Notes: a model not told the origin generated them from the letters alone. Shown: positions 13,068-27,935, numbered from the stretch's first letter. The stretch: 64,000 bases of DNA from Octopus vulgaris (GCA_951406725.2 OX597819.1:40734001-40798000), one strand, 5' to 3'. Numbers and translations are program-made.

Positions 13068-14404
13068 ATATTGTCAAATGTTTAAAACATTCAATGTTTT
13101 AAAACTGCAACTGACTTTCTGTTTGAAACAGAAAAAAACCCCCCTATAATTTCATCATAGTCATCATCCTAACCCCCTAACTCTAATCTTTAACAAACTT
13201 AAGTTTTTATATAATACATATTTTTGTATGAGCAAAGGAATTGACCAAATTATTTTCCATCTTGAAAATTTTCTGTTTCAGAGCTTAAACTCCAGGATGT
13301 CCATATAATGTTCTTACGTCATGGTTAAATGGTCGTTAAAATTATCAAAAACATTTTAGCTGTAAAATGACATCTGGTTCAACCATTCATGCAAATATCA
13401 AAGTTTTCAACATCCAATTCATACCAACAAAGAAAAGTGGATATTGAAAACAACTATGATGGTAAGAACAAAAATGAAACAAAATATTAAAGAATAGAAA
13501 AACCCATAAGATTATCATAGAATTCAAAATCATGCCTGATACAAATAAGTTAAGGTACTGGAGAAAGAGAGGAAAGATAAAATGTGTGTTTGTCTTGTAG
13601 TAGTAAAAAGATATCAAGGTTCATATTTAAACAGTATTTTTTTCTCTTTGAATGGTCTTTTCAAATGTAATGTTGTTACTTATAAATATAGTTGTTATCA
13701 CAACAAGTTTACTCTCAATACATTGTTGTAGTGATTTAAAGAGGGTCTAGCTGTTTGACCTAGTAAAAGAAACAGTCAAGTCTCTCATAAATCTTACCCT
13801 GTAATTTTTATATAAGACAGGATATACTAGACAATATAGTACTACATAACCATAAAAAAGACAAGCAAGATGGTTATAGCTATAATAATTTATGCCATAG
13901 GGCTGTTTGATCAATGGCTACCTAGGGCTAAACATTAACAATATCTTCTTGACGTAATGTAAAAAACCTCAGAGGAAAATTTTGTAAGGTAAAACAAGAT
14001 TGCTTTTGGATACAGAGTGATACTCTCCAAATACAGGAGATCTGTGAGGATTTTTCAGGGAAGAGCTTGTCAAATATTTTTGGGCCCTTCCATAACTTTC
14101 AGGGCTCTGGATTGATATACTGAATGGACTACCTCTTGTAGGCCTGGGCAATGTATATTGCTTATTTTAGGTAACAGAAAAAAAATACAAAGTTCTGTTT
14201 AACAATTGGGAGGTTAGAATTAAGTAAAACAACCAACTAAAAATCCTCGCGGCAGTGTAGTAAGAAGCTTGCTTCCCAATCACATGGTTCCAGGTTCAGT
14301 CCCACTGCATGACATCTTTGGCAAGTGTCTTCTACTATAGCCTTGGGCTGACCAAAGCCTTGTGAGTGGATTTGGTAGATGTAAACTGAAAGCAGCCTGC
14401 CGTG

Positions 14405-14530
<126 letters not shown>

Positions 14531-14574
14531 CACATATACATATATATACACACACACACACACACACATATACA

Positions 14575-15450
14575 AAGTTTGAATTTTTGTCCATTCTTCA
14601 GCTAAAACAGTCTCTAGTTCTTGTAGTGATGATGGTGGAAGATATCAACTTCTTACTTGTTTTTCTAAAATGCACCATAAATGTTCAATAATATTGAGAT
14701 CTGGGGACTGTGGTGGCTAGATAAAATGTTCAACTTCATTAGAATGTTTGTCGTGCCATTCAGTAACAACTTTAGCTGTGGGAAATGGGTGCATTATCAT
14801 CCTGAAAGATTGCGTTTCCCTCCGGAAACAGTTTTGCAATCATAGGATGAATTTGATCAGATAAAATGCTTAAATAATCTTGACTATTAATTCTGCCATA
14901 AAGGGAAACCAATGGGCTGGCAGATTTCCAAGATATATCTCCCCCAGATCATCACAGATTCTCCTCTATGTTTAACAGTTGGAAGAAAGCAGTCTGGGTC
15001 AAATGGTTCTTTTGACTGTCTCCACGCGTATACTCAGCTGGTGGTCAGAAATAAGGTAAAGGATGACTCGTCTGAGAAAATAACATTCTTCCACTGCTAT
15101 AGGGACCAATTCTGTAGGTTTTTACTCCACTCTAAATGCTTTGCAACGTTTCTTTTTGAAAGTAGTGGTTTCCTGATTGCAGCCCTCCTGTGAAATCTGG
15201 CTTTGTGCAGCTCCTAGTGAACCGTTTTTGTGGAAACTGGGTTCTCAAGGAAGTCATTAAGCTCTGCAGTAATTTTGGGAGCTGTACTTTTGTGATCCTT
15301 TCTAACAATTCGCGTAAGAGTCTGATGGTCCATCTGAATGTTTTGGTTTCCTTCCGGAGTTTTGTTTCAATGAGGAGGTTTTTCCCTCTTTCTCAGAATT
15401 CCAGAACTTGACGCCTTCTGACCAGAGAAATCAGATTACTGCTCTTAGTT
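14575..15450 (-). mobile_element. Degenerate Tc1-like transposase
   Basis: WKNVIFSDESSF, PTVKHRGESVMIWG, IFQDDNAP and [14 protein letters not shown] (DD34E-type) motifs. Confidence 0.85.
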
Positions 15451-16025
15451 CTTCTTTGGTACACATTGCTAGTGGAACTGCCATGCTTACACTGTACAGC
15501 CAGAAAGAAAAATGTCCTGATCAGGCTCAAACTTCGATCACGTGACCACAATAATACCAACTATAAGCACGCATGTGCAGAAGGCAGTGTGACAATAACA
15601 AAGATATGTTATGACAAAAGTGCAGATAATTTTGACTTCCCCTCGTGTATATATATATGTATATATATACATATACATATATGTATGTATGTATATATAT
15701 ATACATACATACATATACATATATATATACATAACGTGGAGTAGATGAAATTAAGGCGACTGAAGAAGGGGAATTTTCCTTGTTTTGTATGTCCTGTACT
15801 CTATTTTTTCGTTGTTTTAAAAAAATGTCCATTTCCTTGGTTTTGTGTTTATGTTTTCGTTTCTCATTGTGTTCAACGTTTTTTTGGTGTCCTGTACCCA
15901 TATATGCATGTATATATACATGTACAGGTAGGTACGTACATATATGTATGTATATATGCATATGTTTTATTTATTTATTAATTTATGTATATATATATAT
16001 ATATATATGTATATATCTATATATA

Positions 16026-16588
16026 TCTATATATAAAACTGTAGTTGTGTGAGTGTCTGTCCCCTTCGATTTAGATTCCTAACTACTCCCACATTTTGCG
16101 GTGCAGTTTAACCAAAACCGGGTATCTTATAGTTGTGATTCATATCGAGCCTGTCTGGGTATTAGCGCACGTCTACGATGAGTCTACGATTTTAAAAATA
16201 ATTTAGCATAATTTTTTATTCCATTTTAATGCATATTTTTTCGTGTGTCGATGGCGGCGGAGTTGGTGTCCACGCTCACGCCTGCACCTGTGTTGCTTCT
16301 CCCCCTTCTTCCCTCACTCGTGAAGCTATGGGGAAGGGAGTGTAAGGAAATCAACGTCGTAAAGCGTTGTCAAGGAGACCAGCGTTCTTTTAGAACAACG
16401 ACTTCATGGCTTGAAGACACCAAAACAGAAAATGTCTACGATGAGTCAACGATTTAAAAAAAAATTTACCATAATTTTTTTTCCATTTTTAATGAATTTT
16501 TTTTGCTATTTTTTGGCTATAACTCTCTAAAAATGCTTATATAGTTATTTCCCTTACAAACCCGAGCAACGCCGGGCGATACTGCTAG
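16026..16588 (+). mobile_element. Non-autonomous Helitron
   Basis: A|TCTATATATAAAA 5' end, 3' hairpin cccgagcaacgccggg then CTAG|T; inserted between A and T. Confidence 0.8.
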
Positions 16589-18707
16589 TATATATATATA
16601 TATACACACACACACATACATCATCATCATCGTTTAACATCTGCTTTCCATGCTAGCATAGGTTGGACGACTTGACTGAGGTCTGGCGAACCAGATGGCT
16701 GCACCAGGCTCCAGTCTGATCTGGCAGAGTTTCTACAACTGGATGCTCTTCCTAATGTCAACCACTCTGAGAGTGTAGTGGGTGCTTTTACGTGCCACCG
16801 GCACGAGGGCCAGTCAGGTGGTACTGGCAATAGCCATGCTCAAATGGTGCGTTTTATGTGGCATCTGCACAGGAGCCAGTCATACATACATATATATATA
16901 TATATATATAAAGCCTGCATCACTGAAAGACAGGAAAATCAAAAAAAGTCTAGAGATACTCCAATAACAACAAAGCTTCATTCAGAATACTTCACATACC
17001 ACTGTAAATTTGACAAAAGCTTGTAGAGAAGTCTCAACCAAAGGAAAGTTACTATTAAGAAACTGAAATGAGATTTTGAACTTTAAACATTTAAACTTTT
17101 ATGTAACACTAATATTTTGAACTCTATGTGTACACTGTTTTGTTTATTTATATAAAGTTGTGGTAAAGCTGATACTAATAAGACGATACAAAGTGTGTAT
17201 GCGCAGTAAAAGTAAAAACATATCAATGTTCATATTTAAACAATGTATTGAAGAGATTAGGTGTTTTTCTTCCCTTTCTTCTTTGAATTATTTTATTACT
17301 TTGTAAAAAAAATATAGTTGCTATCACAACACCTGTACTCTTTAAATAACATTGTAATGAGTTAATAAGGACGTCTGTGTGTGGTAGGATGTTAGAACAA
17401 GTAATCAATTACTCCTTCAATCACACACAACCATCTTAACTATGGTTAGATTCTGTTTGATAATGTAATCCTATTTAACTCTAGCAATATGATAGCACTG
17501 GCTTGAATGATCTAATTAGTCTGATTGATCAACAACAATAACAATATATCACTGTCAGAGCCAAAACTCTTATAAATTACAAAGAGCCACATGATTGCAA
17601 AGCAAGCATCTAAACCACACAACTATGCCTTTTTTTTTTTTTTTACATAAGTTATTTATATTTTGTTTAAATACTAGTGTACTAAATGAATTATTAGCCA
17701 ATATAGGTTATAATATATTATAGTACGTTTTTACTTCATGCTGGAGCACTGCCTTTAGTCGAGCAAATCGACCCCAGGACCTATTCTTTGTAAGCCTAGT
17801 ACTTATTCTATCGGTCTCTTTTGCCAAACTGCTAAGTTACGGGGATGTAAACACACCAGCATCGGTTGTCAACACACACACATGCATATATATACATATA
17901 TATATATATATACGACGGGCTTCTTTCAGTTTCCATCTACCAAATCCACTCACAAGGCTTTGGTTGGCCCGAGGCTATAGTAGAAGACACTTGCCCAACT
18001 ATGTGGTTGGTAAGCAAGCTACTTACCACATAGCCACTCCTGTGCCTAAGTAGATAACTTCATAATTATATTTATGAGAAAACTGTCCTATTTTCAAGCA
18101 GTTTGCTCTCTTTTTCTTTTGTTTATATTTTGCTGTGTGATGTCTCTCTGCTCTTATTACACGAAGCACATGAATTGGAATAAACAAAAGTAAATAGTCA
18201 AATAAGTCTGAATCATGAGAATAACTGACTGGATCCTGATTCTGAAAAGTTTGAAAGATAAATATTTTAAAAGCTTTCATTCTGACCTTTTTATTTCTAG
18301 AAATCATCCCTCTCCCTGCCAGTGTCTCACTGTTTACACATTCAGAAATTGAAACTTTCACTTCAATGTTGATCATATGTTATTGCTTGTAAATGATAAG
18401 CAATTTTGAAGGCATGACTTCTCTGTGACCACATTATGTCAGGGTGGCAGTAGTCTGAAAATTTTCGACTTGAATGACAGCTCAACGAAAAATAAATGAT
18501 TTGTGTCTATAAATTAAACAAATATTGCCCTGTAAGTCATTTTATGAAGGTCAGTTGTATCATATCCAACCACCAAAATTAGATTGTTTATATCAGGTGT
18601 AGGTATGGTAGCGTGGTAAGAAGTTGGCTTTTGAACTAAATAGATGGAAACTGAAAGAAGCTTGTCTTATATCTATATGTATGTACATATATGTATGTGG
18701 TCTGTGA

Positions 18708-19797
18708 ATGTCTGTTTCTTTCCGCTACCTAGGTGACCAAGTTAGTAGTGGGGGTGGATGCTCAGAGAGTGCTACCACTAGAATAAGAATGGCCTGGGCA
18801 AAATTTAGAAAGCTCCTACCCCTACTGGTGACAAAGAGTCTCTTGCTCAGAGTGAAAGGTGGATTGTACGACGCATGTGTGAAAACTGCCTTACTTCACG
18901 GCAGTGAAACATGGGCTGTGACTGCAGAGGACTTGCGTAGGCTTGAAAGAAATGAAGCTAGCATGATCCGCTGGATGTGTAATGTCAGTGTGCATACACG
19001 ACAGAGTGTAAGTGCCCTGAGAGAAATGCTGGACATAAGAAGCATTGGATGTGGCATGCAAGAGAGACGTCTGCTCTGGTATGGTCATGTACTACGGATG
19101 GATGAGGAGAGATGTGTGAAGAAATGCCACTCCCAAACAGTTGAAGGAATCCGGGGTAGAGGTAGACCCAGGAAGACATGAGATGAGGTGGTCAAGCATG
19201 ACCTTCGAATGTTGGGTCTCACAGAAGCAATGATGAAAGACCAAAACTTCTGGAGATATGCTGTGACTGCGAAGACCCAACAAATAACATGAGTTCATGG
19301 CTGTTTCCTGCACCAGCTTCACATAGAAGCTCCAGCCCATCCAAAATGCCTTGGATCGCAGGATGGCCTGCTGTGCTTACCTTGGATCATAGGATGACCT
19401 GCTGTGCTTGAGGAGACCTACTGAGTCAAGTACATCAACATCAAAAGATCAAATGGAAATTGTAGTTGTGATACCTGTGCTGGTGGCACATAAAAAGCAC
19501 TACCCGTACCTGGCCGATGCCAGCACCGCCTTGACTGGCTTCCATGCTGGTGGCACGTAAAAAGCACCAATCGATCATGGCTGTTGCCAGCCTCCGTTGG
19601 CACCTGTGCCGGTGGCACATAAAAAGCACCCACTACACTCACAGAGTGGTTGGCGCTAGGAAGGACATCTAGCTGTAGAAACACTGCCAGATCAGACTGG
19701 AGCCTGGTACAGCCTCCTGGCTTCCTTGACCCCGGTCGAACCATCCAACCCATGCTAGCATGGAAAACGGACATTAAACGATGATGATGATGATGAT
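18708..19797 (+). mobile_element. RTE-clade LINE 3' end (ORF C-terminus, repetitive 3'UTR, (GAT)n tail)
   Basis: FRYLG...RIRMAWAKF...LLHGSETWA...RRLLWYGHVLRM...GRGRPRKT; 3'UTR with repeated gtggcacgtaaaaagcac units ending in (gat)n. Confidence 0.9.
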
Positions 19798-19810
19798 ATA
19801 TTTGTACATA

Positions 19811-19848
<38 letters not shown>

Positions 19849-20446
19849 TATATATGTCTATATATGTGCATATATATGTCTATATATGTATATATTGATA
19901 TATATGTACATATATATTTATATAAATGTATGTATATATGTGTGTGTGTGTGTATGTATATGTGTGTGTATATATATATGTATATGTATATACTTTTATG
20001 TCAGGCCAACCAAAGCCTTGTGAGTGGATTTCATACATGGAAACTGAAAGAAGTCTGTCATATATATGTGTATATTTGTGTGCGTGTGTGTGTCTGTGTT
20101 TGTACCCCAACCATCACTTGACAACCGATGTTGCTGTGTTTACGTCCCTGTAACCAAGCAGTTTGGCAAAAGCCACCAATAGAATAAGTACTAGGCTTAC
20201 AAAGAATAAGTCCTGGGATTGATTTGTTTGACTAAAGGCAGTGCTCCAGCATGGCTGCAGTCGCATGACTGAAAAAAGTAAAAGAAGAAGAAACTATGCC
20301 ATTGTAATCCCGAGCAACAGTGGGCACCTCTGCTAGTCAGTCACTAAATCTATTCTCAAAATACAAATAACAACTCCACCCTGCCTTTTCCCCAACCTTC
20401 ATAAATTTTCCCTCTTATTTACCCTCACTACCACTATGTATTAAAC

Positions 20447-20633
20447 CAGGGTTCCGCCAGTACAGTCCAGGGGTTCCGCAAGAAGTTACAAAACTGCTAA
20501 AATCGGCAGTAATTTTTAATTCTCCTGTCCAGATATGTGTGCATAAGACTATTAAATTATTGCACAGGGGTTCCTCGAGCCAGTGGAATGTTTCCTTGGG
20601 GTTCCGCTCCAGCAAAAAGTTTGAAAAGCACTG
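20447..20633. mobile_element. hAT-type MITE
   Basis: CAG...CTG ends flanked by a perfect 8-bp TSD tattaaac (20439-20446 and 20634-20641). Confidence 0.75.
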
Positions 20634-20880
20634 TATTAAACCAACAATATATTTTCCCTTCAATTCCTTATTGTCATTTACATACCTCCCTCTGTATTTT
20701 TTCTTACCATTTAAAAATTTTTTTTCTTTTATTTCACCTACCTCCCCTTTCCTATCCCCCTCCCTTCATAAACTTACAAGTACATATGCCAACATACTAC
20801 TATTTCATACCGTAAGCATGCTTACTGCACACATATACACTCCTCAATCGAAAACCACAATTCTTCCCCATTCTCCCCCT

Positions 20881-21200
20881 TGACCAAAAACATCTCTCCA
20901 TCCTCTTCCCTCCACATTATTTTATTTTTCTACAACCACTCCCCTTGCTAATTTCTGTAATGTGGCCAAAACAGCCCTATTGAATACTAGTGGTCAAATG
21001 ATCATGCTCAAATTTCTCATTCTCTCTTGCTTTCTTCCTGCACACTTTTTATCTCCACCTTGATCAAAAATATTTCCCCACCTTCTTCCCTCCACACCAT
21101 CTTTTTCTCAAATACCACTCCCCTTGCTAATTTCTGTAATGTGGCCAAAACAGCCCCATTGAATACTACTGGTCAAATGAATTTGTTAAATTCCTCATTA
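20881..21200. repeat. Diverged direct duplication, 180-bp period
   Basis: ccactccccttgctaatttctgtaatgtggccaaaacagccc..ttgaatacta.tggtcaaatg at about 20936 and 21115. Confidence 0.8.
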
Positions 21201-22933
21201 CCTTATATTCCCTAAATTCCCTCCCCCAACTCCCTTATATTTTTTTCTTTTTTCCTTTTAATCCTTATCTCTCTCTACATTTATTTTCTCCTCTCCGACA
21301 GTGCTCTGATTGAATCTTCCGCGTGTTAATATGTACCTCCTTGTGACAATGTAAACTTTCATTTAATCAAGATATCCTTGGATACCACTTCTGAGGTTCC
21401 ACTTGCTATGAAACATATGTAGTCCGGATCTTATCTACTCCATTCCTTAACTCTTGTATTCTTACTTGCATACCCAGCAACCCTGGTCGCCTACTGTGAA
21501 ATATAAAAAGTATTTCTTTCAGTTTATCATACTTCAATACATAAAAAATCCACAACCTTCCGGCTCAGTAAACCACTATTGTCCCTGAAAGTTGTTTTTT
21601 ATATTTACTATGCTATTTTCTATTCAAATTCCTACCAACAACCAACAATCAAGCATACAACAGTCACTGTACATCTCTCAGACACTATCACTCCTACTAC
21701 CACCCATCTTTCTTGCTTTCCACCACTTACTCTCTCATAGCGTGACACATCTTTATTACTATCTGATCAAACTGCTTATCCTGTTTTTCTATTCAATCTT
21801 TTATCAACTACCAACAACCAATATACAGTTATCCCTGTGTCTCTTCCATTACCCCATCTCTGACCATCTCATTGCATGCTTACTCTCTCCTCTATCACTG
21901 TGTTGGTCATCACTTTCTTTCTCAGGTTTTAAAAGAACTGAGACAATGTATAATAGGAAGGACTCCTAAGTTTCACAAGGAACAAAACAACCTCCCTTAT
22001 GTAGGTCTCATGATAGAATGTACCCAGTACACTCTGTAAAATGGCAGTTGGCATTTGACCTGAGATTATGTAGGAAAATGAGTATTCTTTAGTTGTGTCA
22101 AGGACATGGCAACCTCTCAAGTGCTGGTGCCACAAGAAAATACCCTCAGTATATTTTGCAAAATGGTTGACATTAAGAAGGGCATCTGGCCATAGGAATC
22201 CTGTTTAAAATGGAATGTACAAGTGATATGTTGTCCCCCAACTTGTCTATGAGGGTAGTAATTCCAAATAAGAACTTGGACTGTGGCAATTCACCCTATT
22301 TAAGTCAACATAAAAAAACAGGCAAATATGATGATGATGGTAAATACATACATATGTACACATATACAGCAATAAACAGGGGGTTTAAAATCCAGACAGA
22401 TACTTTATAGGCACTCTGTTGTAATCCAAACTTAGCTAATTATATTGATCAGTAGAAAAACACAGGGAACCTTACAGTGCATACAGTTACAGTTGTATTC
22501 TTGTTCAATTAGTAAATCTAAAGTTTACTTCCAAGAATTATTTCATATATTTACAAACATAAAATCAGAAGAAAGAGAAAAGAAAATGTAAAATCGATAG
22601 TATTTTGTTTTATTAGCTGAGGAAATCCATAGGAGTTCCTCAAGGGCTGACAGTTTCGTTCCAAATTATTTGATATGTGCTTTTGCCATGTAGTCTAGGA
22701 CCCCTACTCTTGTAACTGTCTTTAGCTAATATATTATAAAATTACACGTACACATTCAAAGATGTAATTAGAGGTGAAATAAAGGTGAAAAACTGATGTT
22801 GAAGGGGGTCGTAATGATAGAAAAAATATTGGATTCCTCGTGTTGCACAAACAGCTCCGCGTGTTAGTGTGTGTGTGTGTGTGTTTGTGTGTGTGTGTGA
22901 GAGAGAGAGAGAGAATAAATATTCTTAAAATAC

Positions 22934-23295
22934 CTTCCTTGCTCGAGTACAACCACATCACTCCATCCTCGTTGACTGAGATGGTAGGCAACAGACAAGC
23001 CGACAACACCGCCGCCACAGATGACCACCCTGGCTTGATCGGGAACCTGTACTGTAGATGAACTGGACGCCGTTGATGTTGATGACTGTGCTGATGATGG
23101 GGATAATGACGATGACGATGATGGAGATAACAAGGATGAAGACGAAAAACATCGAGTGAGTCCATGAACACAGCGTCTGCTCTGAGCTCCAGTAATATTG
23201 CCGGTGAAAATCAATGAGGAGTAACACGTTTTCCTTTTTAAACAAGCGTAACGTAGTTTCCGTAGAGTGGGTTGGACGAGTTTAAAGGGTTTCAT
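22934..23295 (-). CDS. PDPR: Coding exon 1 of a pyruvate dehydrogenase phosphatase regulatory subunit-like protein (FAD-dependent DAO/GcvT family)
   Basis: Arg/Lys-rich, acid-free N-terminus (mitochondrial presequence-like), a Ser-rich linker, then [37 protein letters not shown] (GxGxxG FAD Rossmann motif). Ends at donor AG|gtattt, phase 2 (362 nt). VVICGGG and LEQGR fit PDPR better than SARDH/DMGDH. Confidence 0.85.
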
Positions 23296-23926
23296 ATTGA
23301 CAACTGTATTATTACCAATAAACTGTTGCTTACAGTTATGAGAGCCAACAAGAAAATCACTTTAAACAGCGTTGTCTGGAACGACGTTCTTTAATCAACA
23401 ACCAAATCGTTTTTTTTTACGCGACAATTATTGGATAATTTATCATAAGTATTTTACATAATTCTTAAATATATTTATATATATTTTTGGAATTGATATT
23501 CATTTTACTTGTAATTAGTTAGCGACTATTTACTCCTTACAGACCGCAATAGGATGTACCCGAGAACTTGTTTATGTTAATATCATGTGATAATAATAAC
23601 AGAAATCGTTGATTATACCCAGCCAAAATATTTCACAAATAAATTCATAGGAATACTTCGTTAAATATTGAAGTGGAATAGTAAATAGCAAAGCAATCCA
23701 AGCGGTTCCAAATTAAAAAAATATATATAGGAATGTTTTCTTATAGTGAAAACTTCCAGATGATATTTCTCTATAACTGATCCTGTTTCTCTGTTTACTT
23801 AAAGGACATCGCCTTAGTTCACTTGTAGTTTCACTCTACTGGTTGTTATTGTTGTGTATTTTGCTTTTTATACTGGTGCCTCGTCTCGTGCTTAAATGCT
23901 GTCCTATCACAGCTGTTGTTGTGGTT

Positions 23927-23937
23927 GCTGCCATCTT
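23927..23937 (-). promoter_or_regulatory. YY1-like motif in the putative PDPR promoter/5' region
   Basis: AAGATGGCAGC (YY1 consensus AAGATGGCGGC) about 640 nt upstream of the PDPR ATG, in repeat-free sequence. Confidence 0.4.
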
Positions 23938-26599
23938 CGAATGTCAAGGAGGTTATTCAATCATTTCAAACTACTAGACGGGCAGATAACTTACACAGTA
24001 TTCAACCCTCAAAATAAAAATAACCTCCACACTTTCTATCTGTCTGTCCCCATTTCACGCGCTTTCGTTTTTTAATCGTTTAATAATGTTCATCCTCAGT
24101 GTCATTCTTATTTGCATTTTCATTTTCATAAACAACGAACTGTGAACAATATATAATAGTTTCCAATTGAAAAATCTAAAAAAAAAATTAAAAAAATTCC
24201 CCCGACAATAAAATAAGTTATATTAAATATTCATATCCTTCGCATGAGTCTTTTTATAGGCCAGTACTATGGGATTTCTCGAGTATTGTTTTCTTCTTTC
24301 TACAAAAGTGCACAAATGTAAATTTTGTAAATGCATAGCTAGCTCACATTACCGACAGCTGATACGAAATAGATCAGGAATCGGTGTCATACGAATGTAG
24401 TTACCTGTAATACATTTTCCATTACGTTACCGTTCTACGCTTTATTTCGTTTATTAATTCTTCCACCGAGAATATATAAAATAACAACTTGAATCCATTT
24501 ATTTATTAATGTTATTTTTTTTGCACTTCCAATGTTCATTATTTTTCAAAAGAGTGTCGGATAAACTATTAACTATGAATTTCGCTGCAACCTTTTCCTT
24601 TTTTTTTCTATACAACCTTCAAAAACACCAAACATTATACCGCCAAAGAAAACAAATGCAATATTTAAAGGAATAGTAGGTATTATAACTCTCACAGCAC
24701 ATTTGTTCACAACAAAAAGAAATAACTACAGTGGTATACAGGCGATACATTAGAACTAACAAAGATTACTCCAGCCATCTTTGGGCCCCTATTCATCTTG
24801 CAACTAATCGCAAGAACACTTCGCATCATCATAGGTTTCACTCCGTTTAGATCTATACACACAATAAAACAAAAATATTAAAAATTAAAGAATACAGGGA
24901 TGTGCGATGGGTACAGCTTGTTGCAAATTTGTCATAGCTACTACAAATAAAAAGTTAGCTCCGAAATACACTGGCATGTCTACAATACGACTAAACACAA
25001 CATCACTATCTCTCACACGAATTCCCGTACAGTACAAACGGTTCAGTTGTGTTATGCCTTTTATTCAATTAGACTCCACAAGATTTTCTCAAATCCAACA
25101 CAGACAACAGAAACTTCTCTAACATACACTGAACATATCCAAAACCGCACTTAAGAAGCAAAAGGACACTTATCACTTAACATATGTAAAAACAGATGTT
25201 CTCAACCTTCTTTAGCTCAGCTTACGCAACTTTCATGGCATGGCATTTTACAAATGCCTCTTCGCATGTTTTTGGGCAAAAATAAAAATAAATAGTAAAA
25301 AAGAAAAACATGAAACATCTCAGCAATTGCAACAATAAAAGAGAAGCTAGTTTTATGCAGTTTTATTTTCCACATTTTCCTACCCTTTCACAACTAGCAT
25401 GTACCTTTCTTGGATGTTTGCGTGGACTAATACTCCCGATTATGCTAAATTTTTATGGAAATTACTAAACAAAGCGAAGCTTATACAGCGAATTTATATT
25501 GGAGCTTACGTACCTTAGCCGTGTTGTGTTTCTGCCCAATGATTACAAAATGTTCTCAAATTCAAATCTCAACAAAGATTTTAAAAACAATATTAGGATC
25601 TTTTCGGTTTGACCGGCAGTTTTTAAAAATAGTTTCCACGTAACTAAACACTTAGCCCTCCCCCGAAATTGCTGACCTTGTGCCAAAATGTAAAACCAGT
25701 ATATAAACACTACAGGCCCAAATGCACTGATTTGCCCAGAGGCAATTAATGCAATTAATACTCATTTCTACAGTTATTTCATCTGCCATTACGTTCTGAG
25801 TTCAAATTCCGCCGAGGTCGACTTTGCCTTTCCTCCTTTCGAGGTCGACTTTGCCTTTCCTCCTTTCGAGGTCGATAAATTAAGTACCAGTTACGCACTG
25901 GGGTCGATATAATCGACTTAATCCGTTTGTCTGTCCTTGTTTGTCTCCTCTATGTTTAGCCCCTTGTGGGCAATAAAGAAATAAGAAACGTTAGAACGCC
26001 AGGCGGTTCTAAAAAACGATAGATTTCGAAGAATTATTTAGCATATGTAGATCTGATTGTCGACAGCTTTATCGAGGGTATATTGCGACCAGGCGTGACT
26101 TTGTGCCAAGAAGGTTGCTTCTCAACTACATCATCCCGGGTTCAGTTCCATTCCGTGGAATTTTGGGCAAGTGTCTTCAACTATAGCTCCGGGTGGAGCT
26201 ACTAAGCATTTCGCCCGGCGTGCTAACGTTTCCGCCAGCTCGCCGCCTTTTCGCATGCCTGTTCACTATATCAATGACCTTCGTTAAATCAATAAAACCT
26301 ACACTAAATCTTGATTTTCTTCTCGATATTTTTCTTATATCTGACGTGCAGAAAAGATCATTTCAAGGGCCCCCTATTTTGGTCTTTAAGATTCTAGGAG
26401 AACTTTCGGTGAAATCTTATCGTTTAATCGCACAAGGAGAACCCCCCAGCAAATACTTTGCTGTCTAAGGAAAAGAGTGTGATTCATCTTGAATGTCCAC
26501 ATTTATTTCGTGTTCCTTTTCTCTTATAAATGGGGATTATAACACCATCACGCCTAGCTTTGGCATTGTTCCTGTCTTCCATACATTACAAATTATTTT

Positions 26600-27935
26600 A
26601 TGCTGGAATTCTTTCAGAAGCTTTTAAAATGGAAGATAGAGGCAGGGAGATATTTTCGGATTAACGTTATTTTCTCTATACTTTTCGGCTGTGCTTGCAA
26701 ATGCTGAAAAGGTGTATATATTATAGAAATACTGTTAAATTTTTAAATTTGGGAAGGTTGTCAACAAAAACAAGAACGCTTGTCTTTCTAATAAGAGAGT
26801 TATTGTATGTAGATAACTGTGACTTGGTAACCCATTCAAGCAATGACACGCAGCACCTAATGCTTAAACTTGATGAATTCTGTATGGCCTTTGGGCTAAC
26901 AAAAAGTTTAGATACAGCTGTTACGTTTCAACCAGCTTCCATCTCATATTATGACTCTGAATTTTTTTTCAAAGTACAAAATTGAATGTTGTAGATAAAT
27001 TTACATATCTTGGGAGTGTGCTGAACCGTGTTTGTTCTTTAGGTGATGAACTAGCGAATCGCCTTCAAAACGCATCTCAGGCTTCTAAGAATCTTGAAGG
27101 CCAAATTTGGTCAAACAGAGATGCTATCAAACGCATAAAAGATGCAATGTACAAGGTTTATGTACTTTCATCCATTTTCTTTCTCGTGTTAGACATGGGC
27201 AGTAAATAGGAAGCACCTCAGATTACTGGAACGATTTCATTAACGATGTTTGCGCGCTATACTGAAGGTCAAATGGGTGCATAAAGTACCGGATGCTGAA
27301 GTACTTGAGTGTGCTGATGTGAGTGGAATTGAAATTAAAATTCATCGACACTGACTTCGCTGGACTGGCCTTTGATAAGGGAATCTGATCAACGCGTGCC
27401 CAAACAAATGTTATAATGTCAGATAAAAGGAGTAAAGAGGCCTCAATGTAAACCAAAAATGTGTTTCAAAGACTTAATAAGTAGCTCTCTAAAGAATTTC
27501 AAAGTGACGCATGCAAACTGGGAGAATGGATGCAATGCCCACTCAAAATGCCTTGTTTGAGGATAAGCAGAAGCATGCTCTATTGAAAAGAAAGGCAAGA
27601 AAGGAATTGTCTGTGGTCAATGACTCTTCTCTCTTAACTTATAATGGCTGTAACAGCATTTATCTCTCTCAAGGGGGGATTAGTTAGTCATAAGCGGAAG
27701 CACGTATATCGGCCCCCTACTGACTTGCTATAGTCTCAATCTGATGAATTATCTTGCCTTGTCTACAATATGATCTGTTGAAGTAAATCTGAGTTGACAA
27801 GGAACGTGAATTGTCACAATAAAAAGATTTCCAGTAGTCTTCAGAGGGAAAACAAACATTTTCATGTCGTCTGTGTGGAAAAATTTGTAAACCGCTTGCT
27901 AGGCTAAAAAGCCATTTCTGCTCACATAACATGTA
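26600..27935 (+). mobile_element. Degenerate RTE/BovB-like LINE with C-terminal C2H2 fingers
   Basis: IRELLYVDNCDLVTHS, VVDKFTYLGS, LERFH-RCLRAILKV.W, HRH-LRWTG, and terminal FSCRLCGKICKPLARLKSHFCSH. Confidence 0.8.

Noticed and set aside
15735-15900. Hammerhead at CTGAAGA-aggggaattttcctt
   Set aside because: No downstream GAAA box or stem I partner found.
27858-27930. C2H2 zinc-finger gene fragment
   Set aside because: Contiguous and co-oriented with a decayed RTE LINE whose ORF ends in such fingers; no TGEKP linkers.
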